This document shows, piece by piece, positions 40,010-48,237 of a stretch of 64,000 nt of DNA. The DNA is from Nannocystis bainbridge. GTDB lineage: Bacteria; Myxococcota_A; Polyangia; Nannocystales; Nannocystaceae. Positions within the stretch are counted from its first letter, which is position 1. Each line of letters opens with the position of its first letter. Below the pieces are notes generated by a model. The model was given only the letters and a program-made list of their open reading frames with translations. It was not told the DNA's origin and made no database searches. The stretch lies in contig NZ_JAQNDL010000001.1 in assembly GCF_028368995.1 (NCBI RefSeq), positions 2,784,001 to 2,848,000 of the forward strand. The letters are read 5' to 3'. A program made the position numbers and the translations under genes.

Positions 40010-40218
40010 TTCTTCAAATAATGCTTCCCGCTGGCACGGCGCAGGCTCCCTGCATCTCGCCATCGTTCTGCCTGATGATCGACGAATGATCCTGTAGTCC
40101 ATGCCTCCGCCTGCATGGCGCAGGCTCCTTGCATCTCGCCATCGTTCTGCCTGACGATCGACGAATGATCCTGTAGTCAATGCCTCCGCCTGCATGGCGC
40201 AGGCGCCCTGCATCTCGC
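39985..40218 (+). repeat. 79-80-bp tandem repeat x3 that copies the gene's 3' end and stop codon
   Basis: gttctgcctga(t/c)gatcgacgaatgat at 39985, 40065 and 40144. Confidence 0.9.
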
Positions 40219-40308
40219 CCTCTCGTGTCGACGGACACGCGCGGAATCGGTGACCCGGTCGATCTTCGTGCATCGTCGGCGTCGGCGCGGCACGACCCGG
40301 GCGCCCCG

Positions 40309-41805
40309 ATGCCAAATCGGCGAGATGCGGGTAGCCTGCTCGCCGTGCTGCCGACGCGCATGGTCCTGGTGCTGCCCACCGTCCTCGTGCTCGGCTGTGC
40401 CTTGTTCGCGGGGCCAGGGCCGGCGGCGGTCCCTTCCGAGCCACAGCCGGCCGCACCGGAGCCCGGCCCGGCGCCGCCGGTGAGCGCGACACCGGCGGCC
40501 CCCGCCGAGGCCCCGCCAGCGCCCGAACCGGTCGAGATTGCCGCGCTGCGGGCGGCGCTCGGCCAGACCGCGGAGAGCCCTGCGGTGCGCGAGTTGGTCG
40601 AGCGTATGGGCGCGCCGATCGTCGGCGAACTGGGCGGCGACTCGACCCACATCTTTCCTGCCCACGCGGTGGGCCTGCGATTCGGCAGCGACGGCCGGGT
40701 CCTCGAGGTGGCGCTGATCGGCCCCCGCGACGCTCATTCAGGCCATTATCGCGGAGCTCTGCCCGGCGGCCTGCAATTCGGCATGCCCGCGTACCTCGTC
40801 GCGCGCAGCCTCGGCGTCGAGATCCCCAACCGCGAATACGGCCGACGCGACGACACCCGCCTGATGCGGCCCGCGATCGAGGGCGGCCGGACCTTCCGCG
40901 CGCACGGCCTGCGGGTCCGCTTCGATCGCAAGGACTGGGCGCTCGCGGTCGTCTTCCTGCTCCCGACCGCCGCGCCCGGCAGCGTCCACCTCGACGACCC
41001 GATCGTCTTCCCGGGCGAGGAGTCGGGCCTGCGAGGTCTGCGGGTCTACTATCACCTCGGCGTCGGCGCTTCACCGACCTGCGAGCCCTTCGACGTCGAG
41101 CTCCGCCTCACGGGCCCGTCGGGCGCTCCGGTCCGCGCTCGCCTCCCGCCGCGCCGCGCCCGGCCGGCCGTGTTCACCGCCGTCGACGAGCGCGTCCCGT
41201 GCCGCGACGAGGACCGCATGATCTTCGTGCCCTTCGGCGACCTCGATCTGCCGCCCGGCCCCCACGCGCTGAGCCTGCAGCTCGCCACCCGCCCGGCGAA
41301 AGACCGCACGCCCCGGAGCGCGCACGTCGGCGCCGCCGAGCTCCGCACTTCGGCCGAGTTCGAGATGCCCGCCGTCGCCCTGGTCCGCCTGCGAGTCAGC
41401 CGCGCGGAGATCCAGCGCGAGGTGTTCCGCCGCCGCAACACCGCCGCCGCGCTCACCTTCGGCGTCTCGGCCCTCTTCTCGCGCCCCAAGCTCGGTCCAG
41501 ACCCGTTCTGGGTGCTCGTCGCCGGTCGTCACCACCACCGCTCGAAGGCGCGACGAAGCACCTTCTCGCCGCGCTGGACCGAGCCGACCGCATGGTTCCC
41601 GCTCGCCGAGGGCGACTCGTTCACGCTCCACCTCGCCGACGAGGACGTGGGAGACAACGAGCCGCTCGCCAAATTCAGCGTCAGCCTCGACCAGCTGCGC
41701 GCCGCCGTCCGCGACCACGCCCCGCTGTCCGCGGGCTGGGTCGAGCGCCTCGACCTCGACGGCTCGGAGATCCGCGAAGCCGGCGAGCCCGCCCCGCGCC
41801 GCTGA
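40309..41805 (+). CDS. Exported protein with C-terminal C2-like domain
   Basis: Hydrophobic N-terminus with VLGC; C-terminal PDPFWVL...STFSPRWTE...TLHLADEDVGDNEPLA. The start is uncertain (40309 or 40360). Confidence 0.65.
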   Translation: MPNRRDAGSLLAVLPTRMVLVLPTVLVLGCALFAGPGPAAVPSEPQPAAPEPGPAPPVSATPAAPAEAPPAPEPVEIAALRAALGQTAESPAVRELVERMGAPIVGELGGDSTHIFPAHAVGLRFGSDGRVLEVALIGPRDAHSGHYRGALPGGLQFGMPAYLVARSLGVEIPNREYGRRDDTRLMRPAIEGGRTFRAHGLRVRFDRKDWALAVVFLLPTAAPGSVHLDDPIVFPGEESGLRGLRVYYHLGVGASPTCEPFDVELRLTGPSGAPVRARLPPRRARPAVFTAVDERVPCRDEDRMIFVPFGDLDLPPGPHALSLQLATRPAKDRTPRSAHVGAAELRTSAEFEMPAVALVRLRVSRAEIQREVFRRRNTAAALTFGVSALFSRPKLGPDPFWVLVAGRHHHRSKARRSTFSPRWTEPTAWFPLAEGDSFTLHLADEDVGDNEPLAKFSVSLDQLRAAVRDHAPLSAGWVERLDLDGSEIREAGEPAPRR

Positions 41806-41865
41806 GCCGTGCCGTCGCCGACTCGTGACCGCCGCGCCCGACCTGTGTCACCATCGCGGCTCGCC

Positions 41866-42717
41866 ATGCCCGCCGCGTTCGACCGCCTCGTCGTCCTCGA
41901 CTTCGAGGCCACCTGTGACAACAGCGACCCGCCCGTCCCGCAGGAGGTGATCGAGTTCCCCTCCGTGCTCGTCTCGCTGACCGATCGCGCCGTCGTCGAC
42001 AGCTTCTCGACCTTCGTGCGCCCCGTCCACCACCCCACGCTCAGCGCCTTCTGCACCGAGCTCACCACCATTCGCCAGGCGGACGTCGACCCCGCCCCCG
42101 TGTTCCCCGAAGTCCTCGCCGCCCATCGCGCCTGGCTCGAAGGACATGGCCTCTTCGACAGCCAGGGCCGCGAGCGGTTCGCCTTCGTCACCTGCGGCGA
42201 CTGGGACCTGCAGACCATGCTGCCCGTCCAGTGCGGCGCCAGCGGCATCCCGATCTCCGCCCTGCCGCCCGTCTATCGCCGGTGGATCAACATCAAGAAG
42301 GTCTTCCTCGCCGTCATGAAGAAGGCCAAGACCACCGGCATGCCCGCCATGCTGCAGGCGCTCGGCCTCGAGCTGCAGGGCACCCACCACCGCGGCATCG
42401 ACGACTGTCACAACATCGCCCGCCTGGTCTTCGCCCTCGCCGACCGCGGCGCCCGCTTCGACCTCACCGGCAAGCTGGCCGCCTCGCACTACCCCGAGCT
42501 CGCGCTCGACCTGCAGTGGGGCGACCGCGTCGAGCGCGTCTTCCTCAAGAAGCGCCACCTCGCCAGCCTGCTCGGCCTCGCCAGCGGGGTCTTCCACGCC
42601 CGCATGGTCCGCGTCCTCGGCCCCGACGGCGCCGCCATCGAGGACGACGACCCGCTCGCCGAGCTGCCCCCCGAGTCGCGCCTGCGGGTCCTCAGCGCCC
42701 GCGACCTAGCGACATGA
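41866..42717 (+). CDS. DEDDh 3'-5' exonuclease, ERI-1/3'hExo-like
   Basis: VLDFEATC, EVIEFP, LSAFCTELT, FVTCGDWDL, HHRGIDDCHNI. Confidence 0.9.
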   Translation: MPAAFDRLVVLDFEATCDNSDPPVPQEVIEFPSVLVSLTDRAVVDSFSTFVRPVHHPTLSAFCTELTTIRQADVDPAPVFPEVLAAHRAWLEGHGLFDSQGRERFAFVTCGDWDLQTMLPVQCGASGIPISALPPVYRRWINIKKVFLAVMKKAKTTGMPAMLQALGLELQGTHHRGIDDCHNIARLVFALADRGARFDLTGKLAASHYPELALDLQWGDRVERVFLKKRHLASLLGLASGVFHARMVRVLGPDGAAIEDDDPLAELPPESRLRVLSARDLAT

Positions 42718-42784
42718 CCCCGGGGACATGCTTCATCGAACATGCCCGATCGAGCATGTTCACGAGAACATGTCGCTTCGACCA
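42715..42784. repeat. Array of 5 head-to-tail 14-bp units filling the intergenic gap
   Basis: TGACCCCGGGGACA TGCTTCATCGAACA TGCCCGATCGAGCA TGTTCACGAGAACA TGTCGCTTCGACCA; the first unit begins at the TGA stop. Confidence 0.92.
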
Positions 42785-42794
42785 TCCCCTCGCC

Positions 42795-43304
42795 ATGACC
42801 GCCTCGCCGACCCGCTACGCCTACGTCGGCCCGCCGGAGCTCCGCGACCGCGCCCGCGGCGAGCCCGGCGCGGTCATCGACACCGCCGCCGCGCTCGAGC
42901 GCTGGCTGAGCGCCGACTCCGACGCCGGGCGCGAGAGCCTCACCTACGTCGTCGACCTGCAGGGCCGGCTGCGCGTCGCCCCGCGCCGCTCCGAGCACAT
43001 CGACTGCGCCGGCGGCGACGCCGTGCTCGCCGCGGGCGAGCTGCGCTTCGCCCGTGGAGCCGACCGCCGCCTCGTCGTGCGCGAGGTCAGCAATCAATCG
43101 ACCGGCTACTGCCCCGACCCCGACTGCTGGCCCGCCGTCGCCGCGGCGCTGACCGCCGCCGGGATCGACCACCCGCCCGGCTTCACCCTCGCCTTCGTGT
43201 TCCGCCGCTGCCCCGCGTGCGCGCAGATCAACCTCGTCAAGGACGAATGGTTCGCGTGCGCCGTCTGTGACGCCGAGCTGCCGCGCGCGTGGAACTTCGC
43301 CTGA
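42795..43304 (+). CDS. Hypothetical protein with C-terminal zinc ribbon
   Basis: RSEHIDCAGG..VLAAGE..VSNQSTGYCP core; CPAC...CAVC. Confidence 0.8.
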   Translation: MTASPTRYAYVGPPELRDRARGEPGAVIDTAAALERWLSADSDAGRESLTYVVDLQGRLRVAPRRSEHIDCAGGDAVLAAGELRFARGADRRLVVREVSNQSTGYCPDPDCWPAVAAALTAAGIDHPPGFTLAFVFRRCPACAQINLVKDEWFACAVCDAELPRAWNFA

Positions 43305-43320
43305 ACCCCCCTTACAAAGA

Positions 43321-46188
43321 TCACCGCAGCGTCTCGGCCGTGACCGCGATCGTCTCCCCGCGGCCGAGCGTCAGCTGCAGCGTGCGACCGCTTGGCACCG
43401 TCGTCAGCTGGCGAAACAGGTGGGACCCCGGCCCCGACACCGCGTGCCCATCGACCGCCGCGATCTCGTCGCCGACGCGCAGCCCGGCCCGCCCCGCAGG
43501 ACCCTCCGGCCGGACCAGCGCCACGATCACCCGCCTCGCCGCCGGCGCCTGCTCGCGCGGCGCCGGCGCCACCGAGAACCCGAGGTCGCCCGCCGGCCGA
43601 TCGGCCGGGGCGCGCCGACGGGCCATCGCGATCGGCGCCAGCTCGATCGTACCTGTCCCTTCGAGCAGCACCGGCACCCCGGCGATCGCATACTCGCCGC
43701 TCTGGTAGTCGTGATTGACCGGGGTCACCGACACCACCGCCGGTCCGGTCGTCGCGCCCACGACCTCGAAGCTGCCCTGCGCATCGGTGACGCTGCGCGA
43801 GCCCATTCCGACGGCCAGCCCACCCTGCGCCGGGGCCACGCCCACCGACATCCCGACCACCGGCGCGCCGGTCTCGACGTCGACCAGGCGACCGCGCACC
43901 GTCACCCGCGGCGCCAGCACCAGGGCGATGTCGCGGCGCACCTCACCCGCGGCCAGCGTCACCGTCGCCTCGGCCGCGCCCTCGCTGGACTCGGCGCGCA
44001 GCGAGTACGTCCCCGGCCCGAGGCCCGCGAGCGTGAAGCGCCCCTCCGTGCGGAAGAACTCGTCGTCGCCCCAGCCGCGGCTCTGGGCCTCTCTGGCCGT
44101 CACCTTGACCCACTCCGGGGCGCCGCCGCCGGCGATCCGCACGCTCCCGCCGATCTCCCCGGTCGCGGGGATCGTCACCACCGCCGTGCCGCCGAGCGCC
44201 ACGTGCTCCACCGTCCCCTGCCCCGGCACGTCGTGCCGCGACGCCGTGATCGTATAGCTGCCCGGGGGCAGCCCGGACAGCTCGAAGCGGCCCTCGCCGT
44301 CGCTCAACGTCGGCTGCTGCGGCGCCATCACGTACGAGCCCGAATCCCCCGGCTCCGCCTCGCGCAGCCAGTCGAGGAACGCGTCCGCCACCGGCTCGCC
44401 TGAACCATCGACCACCTGCCCGGTGATCCGCCCGTCGCGCGTCTCGACCACCAGTTCCACCTCCGTCGCCGCGCCGGCCCGGACCTCCACCGAGACCCCC
44501 AGCGCGTCGCCGAGCTGCTCTCCCGCCCGCTTCAGCGGCCGCGCGTCGATATACGCCGTCGCCCGATACTGGCCCGGCAGCACCCCTTGCACCGCGAAGC
44601 GCCCGTCGTCGCCAGTCTCCTGGCTGCCGCCGCTCTGGGCCCCGCGCAGGCTCACCGTGGCTCGCGCGACCGGGCGGCCCGCGCCGTCGATCACCTTCCC
44701 GCGCACCTCGCTGCCCTCGGCCAGGCGGATCTCCACACCCTCGACGTCGCGCCCCTCCGGCACCTCGACCGGCACGCGCGGCGGCGGCGGGCGACCTGGC
44801 CCAAAGGACACCTCGAGCGCGTACGCACCCGGCCTCATCCCGCGCAGGTGAAAGCTGCCGTCGGCCGCCACCGCCGCGTCGCTCGCCCGGCCCCTGCCGG
44901 ACGACGCCCCCTGCGAGTGCGCCAGCACGGCCTCGGCCGGCGCCCCCGCCCCGCGCGCGTCGACCACCCTGCCGCGGATCGCCTGCCCCGCCCGCACCGG
45001 CCAGCGCACGCCCTCGATCGCCGCCTCGCCGACCACGATCGCCTCGTAGCTGTCCTCGGGGACATATCCGGCGCACTGCACCTTCACCGCGTACATGCCC
45101 GGCAGCAGCCCACGCACGGTCACCTCGCCGTCGACCTCGACCCCTGCCGACGCCGAGCGCCGCGTCGTCGGCTCCGACAGCGACACCGTCCCCTCCTCGC
45201 AGCTCGCGCCGCCTGGCCCCACGATCTTGCCGCGCACGGATGTCGCCGGGTGGACGCGGATCGTCACCGGCGTCGAGGTCTCGCCGATCCCCACATACAC
45301 CTTGTCCTGCGCCATCCCGGTGTACGCGTCCGCCTCGACGTACGGCTTGAACATCCCTGGGCGCAGCTGACCGATGCGGAAGTTGCCGTTCGCGTCGGTC
45401 GTCCCCTGCGGCGCGCCGCGTTCGGCCTTGACCGTCGCGTCCGCCACCGGCAGGCCGTCCGACGCACGCACCACCCGGCCGACCAGCACCGCCTCCGGCA
45501 ACAGCTTGAAGTGCGCCGTCTGCCCCGGCACCGTCACCCAGTCTCCGCCCGCCGCGTAGTTCTCGGCCAGCGCCGTCACCCCCTGACGGCCGGGCCGCAC
45601 GTAGAGCACGAAGCTCCCGTCCGGCCCCGAGAAATCGACGCTCCCGCCGGTGCTGACGATCGCCCCCTCGATCTCCCCGCCCGACACGTCGGAGACCGTC
45701 CCGCGCAGCTCCACCCCACCTGGCCACAAGACCAGGTCGATGCCACCCAGCTGCTCCGCCGCGCGCACCGTCACCGAGCCCCCCTGCGCCTCGCCGTGCT
45801 GGCCCGGCAAGTAGCCGCGGGCGCTCGCCGCGACGGCGTGGCGCCCCGGCACCAGCCCCGTCAGTCGATAGCCGCCGTCGGCCCGCGAAAGCTCGCAGCT
45901 CGGCACCCAGTCGCCGGCCCGCGCCGGCCCGGCGCGGTGGACCGTCGCGCACACCCGGGCGCCCGCGATCGCCCGCCCCTTCGGGTCGCGCACGCGCCCC
46001 GCGATCGCCGTGGGCGCGCCGAGAGGTGCCGGCGTCGGCGCGTGAAATGTCCTCGGGGACATGTCCTCGAAGCCATGTCTCTCGACACCCGCCTCGCCCG
46101 CCGGCTCGCCCCGATCGCAGCGCCACCACGCCCACACCGCCACGGTCACCGTCGCCGCCAGGATCAGACTCCGCTTGCGCACCCGCAC
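43321..46188 (-). CDS. Membrane-anchored protein with carboxypeptidase-regulatory-like repeats and a C-terminal PDZ domain
   Basis: Repeated GRVVD..G.PV..A.V...TD..G.F.L.GL.PG.Y units; C-terminal GPAGRAGLRVGDEIAAVDG. Confidence 0.88.
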   Translation of the reverse strand: MRVRKRSLILAATVTVAVWAWWRCDRGEPAGEAGVERHGFEDMSPRTFHAPTPAPLGAPTAIAGRVRDPKGRAIAGARVCATVHRAGPARAGDWVPSCELSRADGGYRLTGLVPGRHAVAASARGYLPGQHGEAQGGSVTVRAAEQLGGIDLVLWPGGVELRGTVSDVSGGEIEGAIVSTGGSVDFSGPDGSFVLYVRPGRQGVTALAENYAAGGDWVTVPGQTAHFKLLPEAVLVGRVVRASDGLPVADATVKAERGAPQGTTDANGNFRIGQLRPGMFKPYVEADAYTGMAQDKVYVGIGETSTPVTIRVHPATSVRGKIVGPGGASCEEGTVSLSEPTTRRSASAGVEVDGEVTVRGLLPGMYAVKVQCAGYVPEDSYEAIVVGEAAIEGVRWPVRAGQAIRGRVVDARGAGAPAEAVLAHSQGASSGRGRASDAAVAADGSFHLRGMRPGAYALEVSFGPGRPPPPRVPVEVPEGRDVEGVEIRLAEGSEVRGKVIDGAGRPVARATVSLRGAQSGGSQETGDDGRFAVQGVLPGQYRATAYIDARPLKRAGEQLGDALGVSVEVRAGAATEVELVVETRDGRITGQVVDGSGEPVADAFLDWLREAEPGDSGSYVMAPQQPTLSDGEGRFELSGLPPGSYTITASRHDVPGQGTVEHVALGGTAVVTIPATGEIGGSVRIAGGGAPEWVKVTAREAQSRGWGDDEFFRTEGRFTLAGLGPGTYSLRAESSEGAAEATVTLAAGEVRRDIALVLAPRVTVRGRLVDVETGAPVVGMSVGVAPAQGGLAVGMGSRSVTDAQGSFEVVGATTGPAVVSVTPVNHDYQSGEYAIAGVPVLLEGTGTIELAPIAMARRRAPADRPAGDLGFSVAPAPREQAPAARRVIVALVRPEGPAGRAGLRVGDEIAAVDGHAVSGPGSHLFRQLTTVPSGRTLQLTLGRGETIAVTAETLR

Positions 46189-46328
46189 CTCCGAAACACG
46201 GGGCAGCCTACGAGCGCGCCCGACGGCGCGTCAACCCGATCGCGAGGCCGCTGCCCTCGACATCCCCGCGATCCATCGTGTGGGTCCATACCCGGCGCTC
46301 GGTCGTCGCATTCCGGGTGTGCGGACCG

Positions 46329-46375
46329 CGACATTTTGTCGACCCTCGCTCCTCACGAGTCACGACATTTTGTCG
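46329..46375. promoter_or_regulatory. Pair of identical 13-bp palindromes CGACATTTTGTCG (candidate operator)
   Basis: Copies at 46329-46341 and 46363-46375, upstream of the minus-strand gene starting at 46188. Confidence 0.45.
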
Positions 46376-46435
46376 ATCCTCGCGAGCCACGAAGCCGCAG
46401 AGACCCCGGGGGCTCTCCCACGTCGAGCTCCGCCG

Positions 46436-47419
46436 TCACCCCGCCACGAGCGCGGCGATCTTCTCGCGCTCCGCGGCGTCGGGCATGCGGCCGAACCCCG
46501 CGCGCACGTTGTCGGCCATGTGCTTCGGCGAGCTCGTCGCCGGCAGCGGGCAGTGCACCGCCGGGTGGCCGAGGATGAACTTCAAGAACAACTGACCGAA
46601 GCTCGTGCACTCGAGCTCGGCCGCCCATTCGGGCAGCGGCTGGCCCTTCACCTTTGCGAACAGCGAGCCGCCGTCGAACGGCCGCATCACCAGCACCGCC
46701 ACCCCCAGCTCCGCCGCCGTCGGCAACAACCGCTGCTCCGCCGCGCGGACCGCCGCCGAGTACGGCAGCTGCACGAAATCGAGGGGCTCGCGCCGCAGCA
46801 CCCGCTCGAGCTCGTCCAGCCCCGCCTGCGTATAGTGCGTCACCCCGAGGTAGCGCACCCGCCCCGCGTCGCGCAGCCGCTTCAGCGTCGCGATGTGCGC
46901 TTCGAAGTCGAGCAGGTTGTGCACCTGCAGCAGGTCGAGCTCGTCCGTCCGCAGCAGCCGCATCGAAGCCTCGATCTGCGCCGCACCCTCCGCCCGCCCG
47001 CGCGTCCACACCTTCGTGGCCCAGAACGGTCGCGGCGGCGCACCTGTCTCTGCGACCAGGTCACCCGCGACCTCCTCCGCCCGCCCGTACATCGGCGAGC
47101 TGTCGATCACCCGCCCGCCCGCGGCCGCGAACTGCCGCAGCACCTCGCGCAGCGGCGCCCGCTCGCCCGCGTCGGCGCCGACGTCGAAGGTCTGCCAGGT
47201 GCCCATGCCGATCACCGGCAGGGCCTCGTGCGTGCGGGGATGAGCGCGCGTCTTCATGGTCGTGTCTCCTGACTTCGGTGCATCCATGAGCGGCGGCTCG
47301 CTCGTCGCGGGCGGCATCACGACCGATGCCCGCTGCTCGCCCGCCGGATCGACCTGTCCTTTACGACAGCCAGCAACGAGCCCGCCGGCGACCCCGAGCA
47401 GCGCGCGACGGCTCAGCAT
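46436..47419 (-). CDS. Aldo/keto reductase with Tat-like N-terminal extension
   Basis: IGMGTW, IDSSPMYG, ATKVW, DLLQVHNL; N-terminal SRRALL...LVAGC. Confidence 0.9.
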   Translation of the reverse strand: MLSRRALLGVAGGLVAGCRKGQVDPAGEQRASVVMPPATSEPPLMDAPKSGDTTMKTRAHPRTHEALPVIGMGTWQTFDVGADAGERAPLREVLRQFAAAGGRVIDSSPMYGRAEEVAGDLVAETGAPPRPFWATKVWTRGRAEGAAQIEASMRLLRTDELDLLQVHNLLDFEAHIATLKRLRDAGRVRYLGVTHYTQAGLDELERVLRREPLDFVQLPYSAAVRAAEQRLLPTAAELGVAVLVMRPFDGGSLFAKVKGQPLPEWAAELECTSFGQLFLKFILGHPAVHCPLPATSSPKHMADNVRAGFGRMPDAAEREKIAALVAG

Positions 47420-47459
47420 GCCGCAAGCCTACGGGAGCCCACGCGCCCTCGCAACCCGC

Positions 47460-48173
47460 TCAGCGGCCACAGCAGGCGTCGAAGCGCGCCGGTGCCAGAT
47501 CAAAGTCGTCGCACACCCCCTCGGGCGCGCACGTCCCCGCCGGCGCCCCGTCGACCTCGCAGGCGCACGAGACCGCGTCGCACTCGAGGCGGCGGCTCGG
47601 CGCCTCGAGGCACTCGTCGACGAACACGCAGCCGTCCGACGGCTCCTCGCCGCCGAACTCTTGAAAGATCGCACAACCATCTTCGCCGTACCGGCACCAG
47701 TCCACCGCGTTCTGAAAGTCCTTCCAGCACGGCGACGCCTCCGACTCGAGCGACTCGCAGGTGTTGGTCGCAAAGCACTCGACCGTCAGCCCCCAGTGGT
47801 GCACGCACTGCGTGCCGCTCACCTGGTCCGGCTGACACGGACAACCATCGAACACGCCGTCGAGCCCGCAGGCGACCAGGCGATCGCAGAACTGCTGGCA
47901 CAACACCTCCGGATCGTCCTCGAGGCCCGAGGTGCTCGCCGTGCTCGCCGTGCTCGCCGTGTCCGTCGTGCTCGCGGTGCTCGTCGTGCTCGTCGGCTCG
48001 CCCTCGCTCGTCGTGCCGCCCGTCGACACCCCGGAACCCGAAACCTCTGTCGGGTTCGGAGCGCCGGTCGCGTCGGTCGCCGTGGACGCCGCCGCCTGGG
48101 TCTCCCCCTGCGGGTCGCCGTCTTTGTGCTCGCAGGCGAGCATCACCACCCAGACCAGCCAGCTTCGTCGCAT
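47460..48173 (-). CDS. Cys-rich lipoprotein
   Basis: MRRSWLVWVVMLAC lipobox, Thr/Ser linker, Cys-rich C-terminus. Confidence 0.8.
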   Translation of the reverse strand: MRRSWLVWVVMLACEHKDGDPQGETQAAASTATDATGAPNPTEVSGSGVSTGGTTSEGEPTSTTSTASTTDTASTASTASTSGLEDDPEVLCQQFCDRLVACGLDGVFDGCPCQPDQVSGTQCVHHWGLTVECFATNTCESLESEASPCWKDFQNAVDWCRYGEDGCAIFQEFGGEEPSDGCVFVDECLEAPSRRLECDAVSCACEVDGAPAGTCAPEGVCDDFDLAPARFDACCGR

Positions 48174-48237
48174 TCCCCAGGATGACACGCCTGCAGACGC
48201 CAGCCAATCGCGACCGCGCCCGGTGTAGTGTCGCAGC

